From Minutocellus sp. GHC0000111 (Eukaryota), in NCBI GenBank assembly GCA_977018835.1, contig OZ361257.1:5084001-5148000 (forward strand): a DNA stretch of 64,000 nt, read 5' to 3'. A program made the translations under genes and the position numbers. Below are positions 1 to 10,450 of the stretch, in pieces (position 1 is the stretch's first letter; the number at the start of each line of letters is the position of its first letter). A model generated the notes under the pieces. That model did no database searches, was not told the DNA's origin, and saw only the letters and a program-made list of their open reading frames with translations.

Positions 1-654
1 TACGTCACTGTGGTCATCAAGGGCAAGGTGCTGCGATTAGTACTGCCCGCCGAGGTCAGGTCCGAGGAGAGTACAGCGCAGCGCAGTACCACGGCAGGAC
101 AGATCGTCATTACCATGCCCAAGGTGAACGAGAATGAGAATATGATATCCATCCGTGCTGCTCGACGGCACAGGGAGGAGAAGGAGGCAGCGGCAAGGAA
201 ACAAAAAGTGAAATCTCTTGTAAATGTGTCGGCATCGTCGAGGTCTCTAGCCTCGGTAATGATGGAGGAAGCGAGCAAGCAGCCGACAGGCAGCGTTCGA
301 ATTGCGGGTCTTGTTGATGAAAAGAATGGGGGCGTGAAGCAGGAGGCTTCGTTTGGATGCGGTATCGAGAACCAAATGAAGGCTTTGGGTAGTATGCGGA
401 AAGTTGTGGCACAGGATGACGTCGATTCTGCTGATAGCGATAGTGACGATCCTCCTCCATTATTCTATTTCCTTGCCCTCTTCTTGTTTGCTCGGATTTT
501 TGGATTGTATCGAAAAGATTACGAGCGAGCGAAACAACTAAAGGACAACTATTACAACAAACTGAGACGCTTCGCAACAAGCTTTGACACGGCTTTTGCA
601 CCAATTGCCGATATCTCCATCGCTGATACACTTGATTCCTGCGCGTTTGCGTAA
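1..654 (+). CDS. DNAAF11: 3' part of dynein axonemal assembly factor 11 (LRRC6/TilB), 5'-truncated by the window edge
   Basis: [42 protein letters not shown] matches the LRRC6 CS-like domain (human [42 protein letters not shown]). The acidic 'DDPPPLF' tail typical of the family lies at ~445-465, but the ORF runs on to 654. Confidence 0.8.
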   Translation, partial: YVTVVIKGKVLRLVLPAEVRSEESTAQRSTTAGQIVITMPKVNENENMISIRAARRHREEKEAAARKQKVKSLVNVSASSRSLASVMMEEASKQPTGSVRIAGLVDEKNGGVKQEASFGCGIENQMKALGSMRKVVAQDDVDSADSDSDDPPPLFYFLALFLFARIFGLYRKDYERAKQLKDNYYNKLRRFATSFDTAFAPIADISIADTLDSCAFA

Positions 655-2302
655 TACACAGCGGCTCCGTTTGATTTGTCACCATACAGAAGAAATTCCG
701 CCGACGTGGAGGCATCTCCGCCTCCCGCAAAGTCAGGGTACGCACCACCGAGCTCACCGCCCCATGCCTTTTGATACTGAACCTTGTATGTCTTTCCGAA
801 GAGCTTTCCAAGCAAGTCATGAGCCAGTAGCTTGCTTGAAAACACTTTGAACGTGCCGTCGTCTGTGAGCTCGGCCAGGCAGGAAAATGCGTCTTCATTC
901 TTTCCCTTTTCTGTCAGACTTACAGCTTTTGGAAGCGATGAATTTGATATGTGGAAATAATCGCTTTGTAGCGTTCCATTCGCAATGATTGTTGTTATTG
1001 TTTGGGTATAACGCCGCCGAGTACTCGAGGGAAGTTTGTCTACTGGCACCTCCGACCAATGAATTTGGCTCTGTTGAAGCGGTGCGGCCAACACCACTAT
1101 ATCAAAGTTCGCGGAACTTCCTTCCTCAGTGATGAGCTCGATAGTGTGGCTAGAAACCACAACTCAAGCAACTGCAGACTCAATATGTTGTATTGTATTG
1201 TTGCAGCCCTCAAAATGAGTAGCATTCGCCTGACGATATGCCGATGAAATGAGCTTCGCATTTCCGCCAAGGACACTAAAGACGCTGCCTTGACTTGGCA
1301 GAAAGCTCACCAAGCCCGCAAGTCCATTCAATCGGCCGTTATTCTGATTGTAATTGTTGATATTGATACTCTCGCAAATTTCTCTCCGAAGATTTCCCCT
1401 TGCTGGGAATATCCAGTTCTGTACAAAATCGAATAGCGGCATGAGGTATGCAAGCAAAGCCTCGTGCCAGGCGTCCCACCACGACGCACTTGTATCAATC
1501 TTACCGCCACCAGAAACTCCGATTTGGCTTAGATAGTCATCAAACGATATTCGTGTCATGTCATACAGGCCAACCGCCTTCCATAACTCGTCTGGTGAGT
1601 CAAAGAACGAGTTCTCATCATCAAGTAGCTGGTAAATCTTTTGGAAATCTTTGAATGCATCCAATGCCGAGTTGCGCACCCTTATCAAATCCAAACCATA
1701 GCGATACATCATTTTGGCTACGACCATGTAATCGGGCGTGTCGGGATGAACGATGAACGGCCATCTACCGCCGCCATCATAAATGCCAAATCCGACATCC
1801 TCTCGACTCTGCTTGTCCTTGCCTGGACTCATTGGTTCCGCTCTTTCCAAGTTGGGATCGGCATCCACTACCTCTGATATCAATTCGTTGCCCGAAAAGA
1901 TGATGGAGGCACCCAATTCCACCACTGTGCCATCTTGCAGTGTAAGTGTGGAGACTCGTGATCCCTGTCGATTGGGTCCAAGATGGGCAGAGGAACCCCC
2001 GTCGGTGGGCCTCCTGGCTTTCCTACGCCGCCGTTTGCCGTGGACAATTGTGGTGATGGATCAAAAATGGTTATGGAATCTATTTGGCATTTCCCAGCGT
2101 CGTATTCGGCAAGGTATTTGGAAGCGAAGGTACCCCCTATGCCTCCACCGATGATGGCAATTCGTTTCTGCTTTTGCTGTTCGGTTCGCGTATCTTTGAC
2201 GGATTGGGCGGCGCCAAAGCTTCTTGGCGAGTGGAAGGCAAGCACAGCGACCAACAGCAAAATGTACGGGGACCGGCTAAATTCATTCATATTGCGCGTC
2301 AA
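552..2302 (-). pseudogene. Prenylcysteine oxidase/lyase (PCYOX1-like), disrupted as assembled
   Basis: Signal peptide, IAIIGGGIGG FAD motif, 'VVELGASII', 'GGNAKL', '[24 protein letters not shown]'. Frameshift between ~2060 and ~1970 and an in-frame TGA at 1164-1166 (VA*VVVSS). Confidence 0.8.
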
Positions 2303-2552
2303 TCACTAATTTGATTATCGGTGTTTCATCACCAACCAAAGCAAGGTATCTTATCTTTTCTGGGACTTTGAACACATGATGTGGCATTTCAAGACACGTC
2401 ATAAAGATATCGATGATGCGAAATAGACACGATCGTCATTCGAGTGGCTTTTTTCTTCATCTCGCAACTTGGAATCTGGCAAGATGACGATAACGGGCAA
2501 GAGACGGCCTTCAACCAGCCGCTCTCCCGACTTCCGACGAATAAGCCGCACA

Positions 2553-3524
2553 ATGCATCACCCGGTGTTGAGCCTAAGAAAAGCTCTTCTCACACAATCG
2601 ACGCTCATGTTCGTCGGTTTCTTGTTCCTGGCGCCATCGCTTGTATTTGATACCGCCGATGCGTTTGTGCCGATTTCACGTGTAAGTGTTCGGTCTAGTT
2701 CAACGAGGGATTTGACAACTAAAGCCAATCATCCAAAGCACTTCAGGTTTTGTGGATCCTACTTCGCCCTGCAATTGGCTGGTAATGGGGGTAGCGGAAC
2801 TAGAGGTTCAGGTGGCAAGAATGGAGGCTCTGGCGGAGGCAACGGGCGGGGAAGGAGGAGAGGAGATGACAAGAACGACGACGACGACAATGACAAAACC
2901 CCTGGGGACAACAGCAACGGCCGATCTCTAATCTCTCGTCTACGCCGATGGGCACAAAGTGCCGAGGGCAGAGAAGATATCTTCACTTATGGTATCAGCG
3001 TCGTCCTTGCGATTCTCGTCCGCACTTTTGCAGTGGAACCAAGGTACATTCCCAGCCTATCAATGTATCCAACATTCGACGTCGGCGACCAATTGTTTGT
3101 GGAGAAGATATCCAACAAATGGTTTGGACGGCCAGTGCAGCGGGGTGATGTTGTGGTATTTTCACCACCTCAGGCTTTGTTGGACATATTGACCAAGGAG
3201 TATGGGGACAGTTTCGAGATCAAGCCCAAGGAGGCACTGATCAAGAGAGTTGTGGCCACCGAAGGCGATCGAGCACAAGTGAAACGTGATGGGAAATTAT
3301 ATATCAATGGCAAGATACAAGATGACTCCTTCACCAAGGAAGACACAGCGAATTATAAATATGGCCCCATCACAGTACCAAAGGATAATGTGCTGGTATT
3401 GGGGGATAATCGAAACAAGTCTTTGGACGGGCACATATGGGGATGTCTGCCCACCGATAACATCATTGGAAGAGCCATATGCGTCTATTGGCCTCCGTGG
3501 AGGGTTGCTAGAAAAGATAAATAG
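2553..3524 (+). CDS. Plastid (thylakoidal) type I signal peptidase
   Basis: Bipartite presequence (…ADAFVP), 'EPRYIPSLSMYPT' catalytic Ser box, 'LIKRVVA' Lys box, 'LGDNRNKSLDGH'. ATG at 2553. Confidence 0.9.
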   Translation: MHHPVLSLRKALLTQSTLMFVGFLFLAPSLVFDTADAFVPISRVSVRSSSTRDLTTKANHPKHFRFCGSYFALQLAGNGGSGTRGSGGKNGGSGGGNGRGRRRGDDKNDDDDNDKTPGDNSNGRSLISRLRRWAQSAEGREDIFTYGISVVLAILVRTFAVEPRYIPSLSMYPTFDVGDQLFVEKISNKWFGRPVQRGDVVVFSPPQALLDILTKEYGDSFEIKPKEALIKRVVATEGDRAQVKRDGKLYINGKIQDDSFTKEDTANYKYGPITVPKDNVLVLGDNRNKSLDGHIWGCLPTDNIIGRAICVYWPPWRVARKDK

Positions 3525-3563
3525 CGGATATTCTGCAATTCTTAGCTAGCTAGGTATTGGTTA

Positions 3564-5237
3564 TCATAATCTTTCCTTTTGGGGGCACCACGCATGGTTG
3601 TCTCTGCCACACAGAGCATTCGGATCCACCCAGTGTGATCGATAAACGTGCTTCAAGGCACCCTCGCAGTGAATATTATATAAAGTAAAATTTGCTCCCC
3701 TCTCCAGGAAGCTCTTGCAGTCCACCATTTGATCTGTGCGGTTATCTGTAAGCAAGAAACTTTGCACGGCCTCTGCAATTATGGCAGTATCAACTCGAAA
3801 GTCTCTCTCGGCCCATTTGTCTCCAAAGTTGCCATTTTCATCGTAGATAAGGCTGTTGTTTCCTAGAGGATAACCAACGTGGTGTAGACCAGTCCCTCGA
3901 AATATTATACCGAGAGGCGTTTCGTCGTCAAGCCGACTAACCCAGGCGCCAAAGTCACCATGTTGAATGAATGGCAGGAGTTCAACAACAACGGCTCCAT
4001 CTTTCATCAAAATCGCCTGAGTGAGCTGCGCTCCATGAATCCCAATGAGCATGTCGAGAGCACCAAAAGTAACGACTTGATTGACGGCATGCGATTCTTC
4101 TTTCTCAACATTAACCTCCACACACATTATATGGGGCGACAAGCCATTGCAGAGCTGTAGCGCTTCCTCGATATTCGTCCACCGACGACGGCCATTCCGC
4201 TGTGCCAACCCAACAATTTTGATATTTTGCTGACTTGATTTTGGTCCATATTCTTCCCCTAAGCTTGTAATCATTTCTGTCCGAGTTGTCTTGATTAGTT
4301 GTTGAATTTTCGCATCATTTGATATTGTATTGTTTTGTACAAAGTCTCGCAACTCCGCCCAAAACACGTCTTTGTCGATGAATCGATCATCCATGACGCC
4401 AGTACCCGGCCTATATATCGGTTCACTGTCGGTCTTGTTGACTTTGTCATATCCGCAAAAGAATAGGCGTTTCATACACGAGCAACCAGTATTTTCTTGT
4501 AACGAACGAAGCTGAAGGACGGGATTGGAGGTAAAAGGCTTGAGAAACAAATGGTGACTGTCCAGCAAGTTGTCCATGGGCCCATAGTGAAAATATGGAA
4601 GCGATTTCCATGCGTCCAAGTACAGCTGAGTTCCTTCTTGCCACCTCCGTTGATCTTCACCAGGTACGAGAGTGTCCATCATATGCTTCAGTCCTGGTAA
4701 TACTCGGGCATAGAATTCCCCAAGCATCGAATTGTGGGCCCCATGCAGAACAATGTGATTTTTTATCGGCGAGTAGAAGCAGTTTTGTTCGTGACCTGCC
4801 ATCTCTTCCACCCCAATACTAATGGAATGCCCTGGACTATTGTAAAAATATTTTTGCTTAGCATTTGTAGACCGATCGATCTTCCATCGTGGCAGTTGCA
4901 CTTCTTTGCCACCGAAACTCTCGTCATAAAAATACTGCCGATCCCCATGGCAAATATTTTCGACGTAGAAACAATTCAATTGCGACTCGGTTGCCTGCCA
5001 GCGCTCTTTATCAAACCAATCCATTGATTTGCCACTGCTGGAAGAGCTGGAAGAGTTGGATCCCAAAGATGCTGATGCAAGATGTCTCTCAGAAGAAATT
5101 TCTTGTACGTTCCATTGCGCCGACAAAAAGTTGCTCGTGTTGAAGGAGGTCTGCACCAAAACAACGATGCTGAGGCAACACAGCAACAGCGAGGCGACTG
5201 TAGAACAAACGAGCAACCGGGACGATATTGTTGGCAT
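3564..5237 (-). CDS. Type II membrane glycosyltransferase, GT61-like
   Basis: N-terminal TM anchor; 'QRNGRRRWTN' and 'DMLIGIHGAQLTQAILM…VVELLP' GT61 motifs. Confidence 0.7.
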   Translation of the reverse strand: MPTISSRLLVCSTVASLLLCCLSIVVLVQTSFNTSNFLSAQWNVQEISSERHLASASLGSNSSSSSSSGKSMDWFDKERWQATESQLNCFYVENICHGDRQYFYDESFGGKEVQLPRWKIDRSTNAKQKYFYNSPGHSISIGVEEMAGHEQNCFYSPIKNHIVLHGAHNSMLGEFYARVLPGLKHMMDTLVPGEDQRRWQEGTQLYLDAWKSLPYFHYGPMDNLLDSHHLFLKPFTSNPVLQLRSLQENTGCSCMKRLFFCGYDKVNKTDSEPIYRPGTGVMDDRFIDKDVFWAELRDFVQNNTISNDAKIQQLIKTTRTEMITSLGEEYGPKSSQQNIKIVGLAQRNGRRRWTNIEEALQLCNGLSPHIMCVEVNVEKEESHAVNQVVTFGALDMLIGIHGAQLTQAILMKDGAVVVELLPFIQHGDFGAWVSRLDDETPLGIIFRGTGLHHVGYPLGNNSLIYDENGNFGDKWAERDFRVDTAIIAEAVQSFLLTDNRTDQMVDCKSFLERGANFTLYNIHCEGALKHVYRSHWVDPNALCGRDNHAWCPQKERL

Positions 5238-5929
5238 TTTTCTTTTGATCGATTGCTCTGCAACACCGGGGAATTGCAACTACGTAGCTAGCTAATTGTG
5301 CAACTAAAAGGTGCTTCTCACAAAGTATTTGGAATCATGACCTTTCACTCCTCTTGGGTCTCTTGGCGCCAACGTCGTTCGTTCGGTGTTATGAATAACG
5401 ACGAGTGAAGACTGTGGTACATGTACGCACTTCCTTCTTGCTCATCGCTCAGGCCTCATTGCTCCGAATCTCAGATCCTCTCAGCGATTGCCACATTTGT
5501 CTCGGATTTGTTTGCACTACCTAAAAAATAAGAATTATGAACATTCTTGAAAATGAAAATAATTTTGGAGTGCCTTAATTTGCGGGTTGCTGGCCTCCAT
5601 TTCGCTCCATGATACGCCCGGTACTAATATCTCTGCTCATTCTTATCTTGCTCGTCGCGGCAGCACCAGTGGAGGAGACAAATAAGGTGAGTGTGAATGA
5701 TATTGAACGAGCCAATGGGCTTTTGAAGACATCATGTGCTGGTTTCGCCTTTCGCCCGTTCGTTGCGGTAAAGGTCGTCTGGCCTTTGTGCGTATCATCT
5801 CCATTCTCAGCCGTCCACTTCGCTCATTTTTCAACTGTGGCTTCCTATCCTCCCCTCAGTGTACAAGCGACAGCTTCAACCGACGATCAAACTTGCACAT
5901 CCAATTTCACATCCACGCCCAATAAGAAA

Positions 5930-8365
5930 ATGTCTTTCTTCGCCAAGCTGGAGAAGCGCGTCGCTGCCGTCGACTCTCATCTATGCGTCGGCCTCGATCC
6001 GCACATCAAGGAGCTGTTTCCAGAGATATTGGCCAATGAAAACGGCAAGAGAGAACGGGAACCAACCGAGCAGGAGAAATGCGACAAGGCTTTTGAATTT
6101 TGCAAGGCTATCATTGATGCTACTGGTGCGTTCTGCGTGTGTGATTTTTTGACAGAGTGATTTTGTGAATGCACAAAGACGAAGAGATCTGTCCTTCGAC
6201 CCTTCGCGTGGATAGAGCTGCGAGCTCATGTTTGCAAATGGTGCGAATCATCAGCTTGAACCTGGCTGTCACTTCCCAAAAAAATACTACGGGAACTAAA
6301 GGTTGGGGTGCTTATACAAAGATTTCTCACATGGCTGTTATTCTTCCTTCATTCTTGTTGTCTATCTATCAAACCAGCACCCCACGCGGCAGCCTACAAG
6401 CCCAACGCTGCCTTCTTCGAGGCCCTCGGTCCGAATCTTGGTGCCGCCTGTCTACGCAAGGTGATCAAATCGATCCCTGACGACATCCCGGTGCTGCTCG
6501 ATGTGAAGCGGGGTGATATTGGTTCCACGGCGCAAGCCTACGCGGAGGCCTGCTACGAGCGCGAGGAGGGTCTGAGTGCCGATGGGGTTACTCTCAGTCC
6601 TCTCATGGGTTGGGACTCCGTTCAGCCCTTTGTTACCGGTGAGTACCTTCATGTCGAATGAGCATTTCTTATACGCCTAGGAGGTATGAAGTTGGACGAA
6701 ACGCCAGTATTGTCATCAATATTTCTACTGACTCTGCCCATTAATCAATCATCTTATCTAATCATATCTTCAGGAAAATACGCCGACAGAGGAGCCTTTG
6801 TGCTGTGCAAAACGTCCAACCCCGGATCAAACGATATCCTCGCCCTGTCCTTATCATCCAACCAAACTGTTTATGAAAAGATTGCCGGACTTGCCAACGA
6901 ATGGTCACAAAAGGCCGCGGCAGAATCACCAGGATCCGATTCGTCTGAACCTCCTCGACTCGGACTTGTCGTTGGCGCCACCGACCCCGTCGCCCTGGCG
7001 AATGCCCGCAAGGCCGCTGGACCCAACGTTTGGCTCCTCTCCCCCGGCGTTGGTGCACAGGGCGGCGATCTCGACGCCGCCTGTCGTGCTGGCCTCAATG
7101 AGGCTGGTACCGGCATGCTCATTCCTGTATCTCGTGGAATCAGCCGAGCCGAGGACAAGGCCAAGGCAGCACAAGAGCTGAAAGAGGGTATCAATGCCGC
7201 ACGAGAGGCTGTGATTGCTGCCAAGTCAGCGTCAGCTTCCGCTGGCGGATCTGATGACGAAGTTAGCGTTGTCCCGTATCAAAAGGAATTCCTTGAATTC
7301 AGCTTGGCCGAGGGGGTGCTCAAGTTTGGATCGTTTGTCCTCAAATCGGGCCGAACTTCTCCGTACTTTTTCAATGCCGGCCTATTTGCGTCGGGCGGTG
7401 CAATGTACAAGCTGGGCAAGGCATATGCATCTGCCATCATGTCGGCAAAGGAATTGTAAGTTATGTTTCGTTTGTTTGTCGGAGACAGTTTTTCAAGTAA
7501 ACTTTGTTTCGCTGGGGGATGATGAGTTGTCCACTTGGTCCGTGTTATTGATCCGCCCCCACGTGAGTGGCGATGAACTCAAAATTCAAGTGCACTGACC
7601 CCAAATAAGCGAACAGAGACATTATTGTTTTGCGTGTTGATGCATTTTGATTGGATGCCATGCAAAGCGATTTCGGTCAGGGATGATACAACAGGTCTTC
7701 TTTCACCTTATCCCCTTCGGGGTAGATGCCGGTCAAACACCAAACGCTGATTACTATACTTTCTGAGACCAGGTCGCTTTGCTTCAGCTGGCCTTAATAT
7801 CTATGAATGCTTTAGTTGCCCAATGTTTTTTCCTGACAATATTAGTTCGACCTTTGTTTTCCTTTTCCGTTTCAGGACCGAGGGAGATGGAATAGTAGCG
7901 TTCGATGTGGTATTCGGACCTGCCTACAAGGGAATCTCTCTCGGTGCACTGGTTTGTGCCGCTCTCTACAGTGATTTTGGTGTCAATGTTGGGTTTGCAT
8001 ATGACCGGAAAGAAGCCAAAGATCATGGAGAGGGAGGAAAGCTTGTGGGCGCATCCATGGAAGGCAAACGTGTTCTTGTTATTGATGATGTGATCACCGC
8101 CGGCACCGCCATCCGCGGCTCACACACCATGCTCGAAAAGATAGGTGCCAAGCCCGTCGGTGTTGTCATTGCCTTGGACAGAGCCGAAAAGAGGTCTCTC
8201 GATGATCCGGTCTCCGCTGTTCAGGCCGTCGCAAGAGACTTGGCCATTCCTGTTGTGTCGATTGTATCTCTTCCACAGCTTCAGGGATTCCTCAAGAAGA
8301 GTCCTGATTATTCAGACGATGTTCTTGCGAGCGTTTCAGACTACAGAGCCAAGTATGGGGTGTAA
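5930..8365 (+). CDS. UMPS: Bifunctional UMP synthase, OMP decarboxylase-orotate phosphoribosyltransferase order. Exons 5930-6125, 6378-6638, 6774-7455, 7876-8365.
   Basis: 'LCVGLDP', 'YKPNAAFFE', '[12 protein letters not shown]', 'PGVGAQGG' (OMPDC) then '[17 protein letters not shown]', 'GPAYKGI', '[10 protein letters not shown]' (OPRT). Three GT-AG introns restore a single frame. Confidence 0.95.
7514..7602 (+). ncRNA. Box C/D snoRNA, U18 (SNORD18)-like, intronic
   Basis: GGGG/CCCC terminal stem; box C ATGATGA 7519-7525; D' TTGA 7548-7551; C' GCGATGA 7570-7576; D CTGA 7595-7598. The 13-nt guide CTTGGTCCGTGTT (7534-7546) is complementary to conserved LSU rRNA AACACGGACCAAG. Confidence 0.85.
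7675..7770 (+). ncRNA. Second intronic box C/D snoRNA candidate
   Basis: GGTC/GACC terminal stem; C-like GGGATGA 7680-7686; D CTGA 7763-7766. CAACAGGTCTTCTTTC (7689-7704) is the complement of LSU rRNA GAAAGAAGACCCUGUUG minus one G. Confidence 0.65.
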
Positions 8366-8473
8366 AGAATAGGCAAAGCATTTGGTGTGAAGTATAATGT
8401 GCATTAATTACTTATTATCAACAAATAAACGAATATATGTAACGGGCATCCTCTTTGGTCTTCCATGTCTTAT

Positions 8474-10148
8474 TCAAACAGCTACCGCACCATCCTCCTC
8501 GATAGGGTCGACAGGATCGATAGGTTCCAAGCAGATCGGACATTTGTTCTCGTTGTATGCGCAGTGATTACAAATGGCAGAATGGCCACATGGTGTCATT
8601 GTAACGGTCTTCGCCTCATTCTGACAAAGGACGCACTCCTCCATTCCTTCCATGGCGTTCATCACGGACATCTCCTTTGACTGTGCGGCCTGCAGCTGTG
8701 CCTTGAGAGCCTCGACATCATCGCGGGCCTGCTGGCGTCGCTTGACCAGCGCCCTCTCGTTCAAACTAGTAGGAGGGTCAGCATTCTCGAGACGGGGACG
8801 CTTGGGAGATGGACCAGGCTGGGGTGGATTCGCAGCTGCCGTCGATGCAGCAAGAGCAGCTTCTGCATTATTATCATCATTGTGGCCAAGATATTGTTCA
8901 ACGTCCTGTTCCTCGCAATCCTCGCCTCGCTCGAGTTTCTTGAGCTTCTGGATTTCCCTCTGAATCATGAGACTGAGCTCTTCGTCATTTCCCTCTATTT
9001 CTTCCTCAACGTCGTGGGCTCCATCGTCATCATCGTCGGAGACTTCGGCAGTAGCGACTTCGTTATTATCTCCATCGTCGTTATCATAATTATCTCCATC
9101 ATCATCAGCAAAATGATGATTATGATCTTCATCATCACCATAATTATTACGAGCAGCAGCGGCGGCGACATCTGCAACAGCCGAGGCGGCATCCGCAACA
9201 GGGACTTCGGTGTCTGGCAGAGGAGGCAGAGCATCGACAGCGGCAGCGAAATCGGCACCATCTGCCTGGAGCGCAACCTCCATGCTTTGCGACTGCTGCC
9301 ACTGCGGAAGCTCTTCAGTGGAGATGCCGGCCGTCTCCATCGCACGGAAGTGGGAGCGGCACATATTGAGATTGTTCTTGCCCTGGGACTGCTTGGGGCA
9401 ACCGGGGATGGCAGGGAGTTGGCCATGGCGGGCAAGAAGAAGCGTGCCCAATGCTCCGTCGAGGGCTGTTCGAAGCAATCGCAGGAAGGGTATGCAACGG
9501 CATGTGCAGGGCGCATTTCGTCGAGTCGGGCGCCGAAGTTTCGCCGTCGCACAGACCAAGAAGAGTGCCCAGGGCGATGCCCGTCGAGATGCCACCTCTG
9601 CAGCCCGAACCTCCGAAGGTACGTGTATCGTCTTTTAGCGAGATCGATGGAGGAAGAGAGCGTCACCAATACCTATGCCGGGTGGAGGGTTGTACGAAGC
9701 AGAGTCAGGGCGCGCGCAACAACCAAATGTGCCGGAGGCATTACACGATATACCTCCAGGCTACCAGTTACAACGATGGCTTTGACGAGGCCGACGACGT
9801 GCCCGAGGAGCCATGCACGATAGGCCGCCGCGTCCGCCCAGTCGTCGTGATCGGGCTGGGCGGCTCCCCGCCAATGTGCGGTCCCGCGGTCGCCACCGCC
9901 ATGATGGCCGCCTCGACGGAATCGATCTTGGCCTCGCCGCCCAGATGCAGGCCGTCGGGATCTTCGTGGAGATGATGGTGGGCATGTGGATCGTGCGGAT
10001 GGTATCCTTCGTCGTCGGCCATGACAAGATGGTCGTGGACTGAAGCTCCCGCCGCCGCCTCCGAACCCGGCTTCATCCCGGGTCCGGCCTCGTCGGAAAC
10101 TCCGGGAAGAGGCGGGAGGTCCGGCATGTCCTCGTCAAAGTCCGACAT
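8474..10148 (-). pseudogene. Zinc-finger repeat (C-x4-C-x-KQSQG-x5-MC-x2-H, three copies) plus C-terminal C3HC4 RING protein; internal segment 9408-9821 inverted
   Basis: RING 'CVLC…PCGHSAICNHC…CPIC'. Two of the three Zn repeats read on the + strand, between minus-strand 5' and 3' parts. Two additional 1-bp frameshifts. Confidence 0.8.
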
Positions 10149-10450
10149 GGTCAAAAGATACGCTAAGAGATTTTAAAATATATATAATATCTATTGCAGG
10201 CAATGCTGAAGTTGCGTATCTGTAGGGCAGGCAGCAATTTGAATTCAGCTGGTTGCGTAGATACCGCAAAATACGGCACGTCTTGTGTGATTTTGAGAGG
10301 TTCTTCGACTGACGGACGAAGGCAAGACGAGATTTCGCAAAAACTTTCTTTTTTTGTCATAGCCCTCAGGTCGCGTCGCGTCGCGATCGCGCTCCGTCAA
10401 AAACCAGCAAGGAGCAACCATGGGCATGACTGGACGTGGCGAGCAAATAA

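Noticed and set aside
5609..5929. Apparent signal-peptide extension upstream of UMPS
   Set aside because: Homology starts at ATG 5930 (MSFFAKL); the upstream frame has no other support.
6126..6377. Possible H/ACA snoRNA in the 252-bp first UMPS intron
   Set aside because: There is hairpin potential and an ACA near the 3' end, but I could not define boxes or a guide by eye.
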